Positions 62,844-64,000 of a stretch of 64,000 nt of DNA are shown one piece after another. Position numbers and translations under genes: made by a program. A model generated the notes under the pieces. The model was not told where the DNA came from. It saw only the letters and a program-made list of their open reading frames with translations, and searched no databases. The number at the start of each line of letters is the position of its first letter. Within the stretch, counting starts at the first letter, position 1. The stretch spans positions 320,001-384,000 of the forward strand of contig CP084167.1 in the NCBI GenBank assembly GCA_021513715.1, given 5' to 3'. The stretch comes from Candidatus Heimdallarchaeum endolithica (lineage in GTDB: Archaea; Asgardarchaeota; Heimdallarchaeia; Heimdallarchaeales; Heimdallarchaeaceae).

Positions 62844-63698
62844 ATGACTATGAAAACCACTATAATTCCTGAAGATCAAAAAATAGAAATAAAGGAAGAA
62901 ATAAAAAGAAAACCTACTATAGGTGTTTATGCCTTAACTTCTTGTTATGGGTGTCAATTAAAAATTGCAACTGTATCAAAAATTATTGAGATTGCTGATA
63001 GTGTAGATATAGAGAGTTTTTACATGTTGTCTTCAGCCAGCAGTATGCATAAAAAAGTTGATATCGCTTTTGTTGAAGGTTCAGTTTCTACAAAAAAAGA
63101 TTTGGAAGAATTGCTAGAAATAAGAAAAAACAGTAAAACTCTGGTGGGTGTAGGAGCTTGTGCTTTACAAGGTGGAGTCCAAAGTTGGAATCATGGAGAT
63201 AAAAACTATAAAGATCTTTTTGAAAATGTTTATGGAAAAAGTAAAATTGAAATATCAGAGGCTATTGAGGCAAAACCTATAGAAGAATATGTGAAAGTTG
63301 ATTTTAGATTACCTGGTTGTCCTCCTGAAGAAGAAGAAATAATTTATTTCATCTCTACTTTCTTATTCGGTTCATGGCCAGAAGAAAAGGATTACCCAGT
63401 TTGTCAAGAATGCAGATTTGCAGGAAATATTTGTTTACTTATTGAAAAGAATGAGCCTTGTTTAGGTTCTATAACAACTGCAGGATGTAATGCACGTTGT
63501 ATATCTTATAATGTTCCTTGTATTGGATGTCGAGGACCTGTGCCTAACGATGTGGCGTGGTTTGATTCTCTCGCAAAAGTCTTTGTAGAGAAAGGATTTA
63601 CAGAAGAGTATATTAGAGAAAGAATGAAAATTTTCGGTTCTCACCATCCTAAATTGGAAGAATTGTTAACTAAAGTTTTTGGAGGGGAAAAGAAATGA
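62844..63698 (+). CDS. hydD: Group 3b hydrogenase delta (small) subunit
   Basis: SCYGC, EGS, GAC, GCPP, CLG...GC...C...CIGCRG. Confidence 0.9.
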   Translation: MTMKTTIIPEDQKIEIKEEIKRKPTIGVYALTSCYGCQLKIATVSKIIEIADSVDIESFYMLSSASSMHKKVDIAFVEGSVSTKKDLEELLEIRKNSKTLVGVGACALQGGVQSWNHGDKNYKDLFENVYGKSKIEISEAIEAKPIEEYVKVDFRLPGCPPEEEEIIYFISTFLFGSWPEEKDYPVCQECRFAGNICLLIEKNEPCLGSITTAGCNARCISYNVPCIGCRGPVPNDVAWFDSLAKVFVEKGFTEEYIRERMKIFGSHHPKLEELLTKVFGGEKK

Positions 63699-64000
63699 CA
63701 ACAATAAAATTTACACAACCTATTACAGTTGATCATATTGCGAGGATAGAAGGAAAGGCAGGAATAGAAGTGCAAATTAAAGATAAAAAAGAAGTAGAAG
63801 TTAAAGTAAATATCTTTGAAGGTCCTCGTCTTTTTGAAAGTATTGTAATTGGAAAAAGTGTAGAAGAAGCAACTGCTGTTTTTCCACGAGTATGCTCTTT
63901 TTGTGCTGCTGCTCATAAAATTACTGGATTGTTAGCTGCAGAAAATGCTATTGGATTACAAGTTTCAGAACAAACAGCAAAAATAAGGGAATTAATGTAT
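63695..64000 (+). CDS. hydA: Group 3b hydrogenase alpha (large) subunit, partial
   Basis: ATGA overlap with hydD; manual translation ARIEGK...EGPRLFE...PRVCSFCAAAH (L1 motif). Confidence 0.9.
   Translation, partial: MTTIKFTQPITVDHIARIEGKAGIEVQIKDKKEVEVKVNIFEGPRLFESIVIGKSVEEATAVFPRVCSFCAAAHKITGLLAAENAIGLQVSEQTAKIRELMY

Noticed and set aside
377-63916. Many short ORFs antisense to or nested in long genes (e.g. 11517-11792, 31525-32079, 40489-40935, 63641-63916)
   Set aside because: They are shadow ORFs of well-supported genes.

Overview
AT-rich archaeal DNA whose gene content points to an Asgard archaeon, probably Heimdallarchaeia-like. This is inferred from small GTPases, longin-like fusions, many beta-helix/DxDxDG surface proteins and a group 3b hydrogenase. 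The window holds: two translationally coupled giant surface proteins; an NAD biosynthesis locus (nadA, nadC, nadX) with a divergent NAD-kinase-like/wHTH fusion; an ABC importer operon; iscS/iscU; metabolic and transport genes; a hydBGDA operon running off the end; and three IS-type elements. The main find is an 1820-bp element (48159-49978) with ~31-bp terminal inverted repeats and a CATG duplication, inserted in a surface-protein gene. It encodes only a TnpB-like nuclease with a Fanzor-type rearranged RuvC site, split at an A9G slippery run and followed by a highly structured ~230-nt candidate omegaRNA. Other strong observations: a probably non-catalytic NAD kinase-wHTH regulator facing nadAC, an ABC importer with complementary degenerate ATPase sites, an IscS lacking the PLP lysine, and an IS481 with a 16-bp target duplication. 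All calls come from reading motifs by eye; no searches were run.
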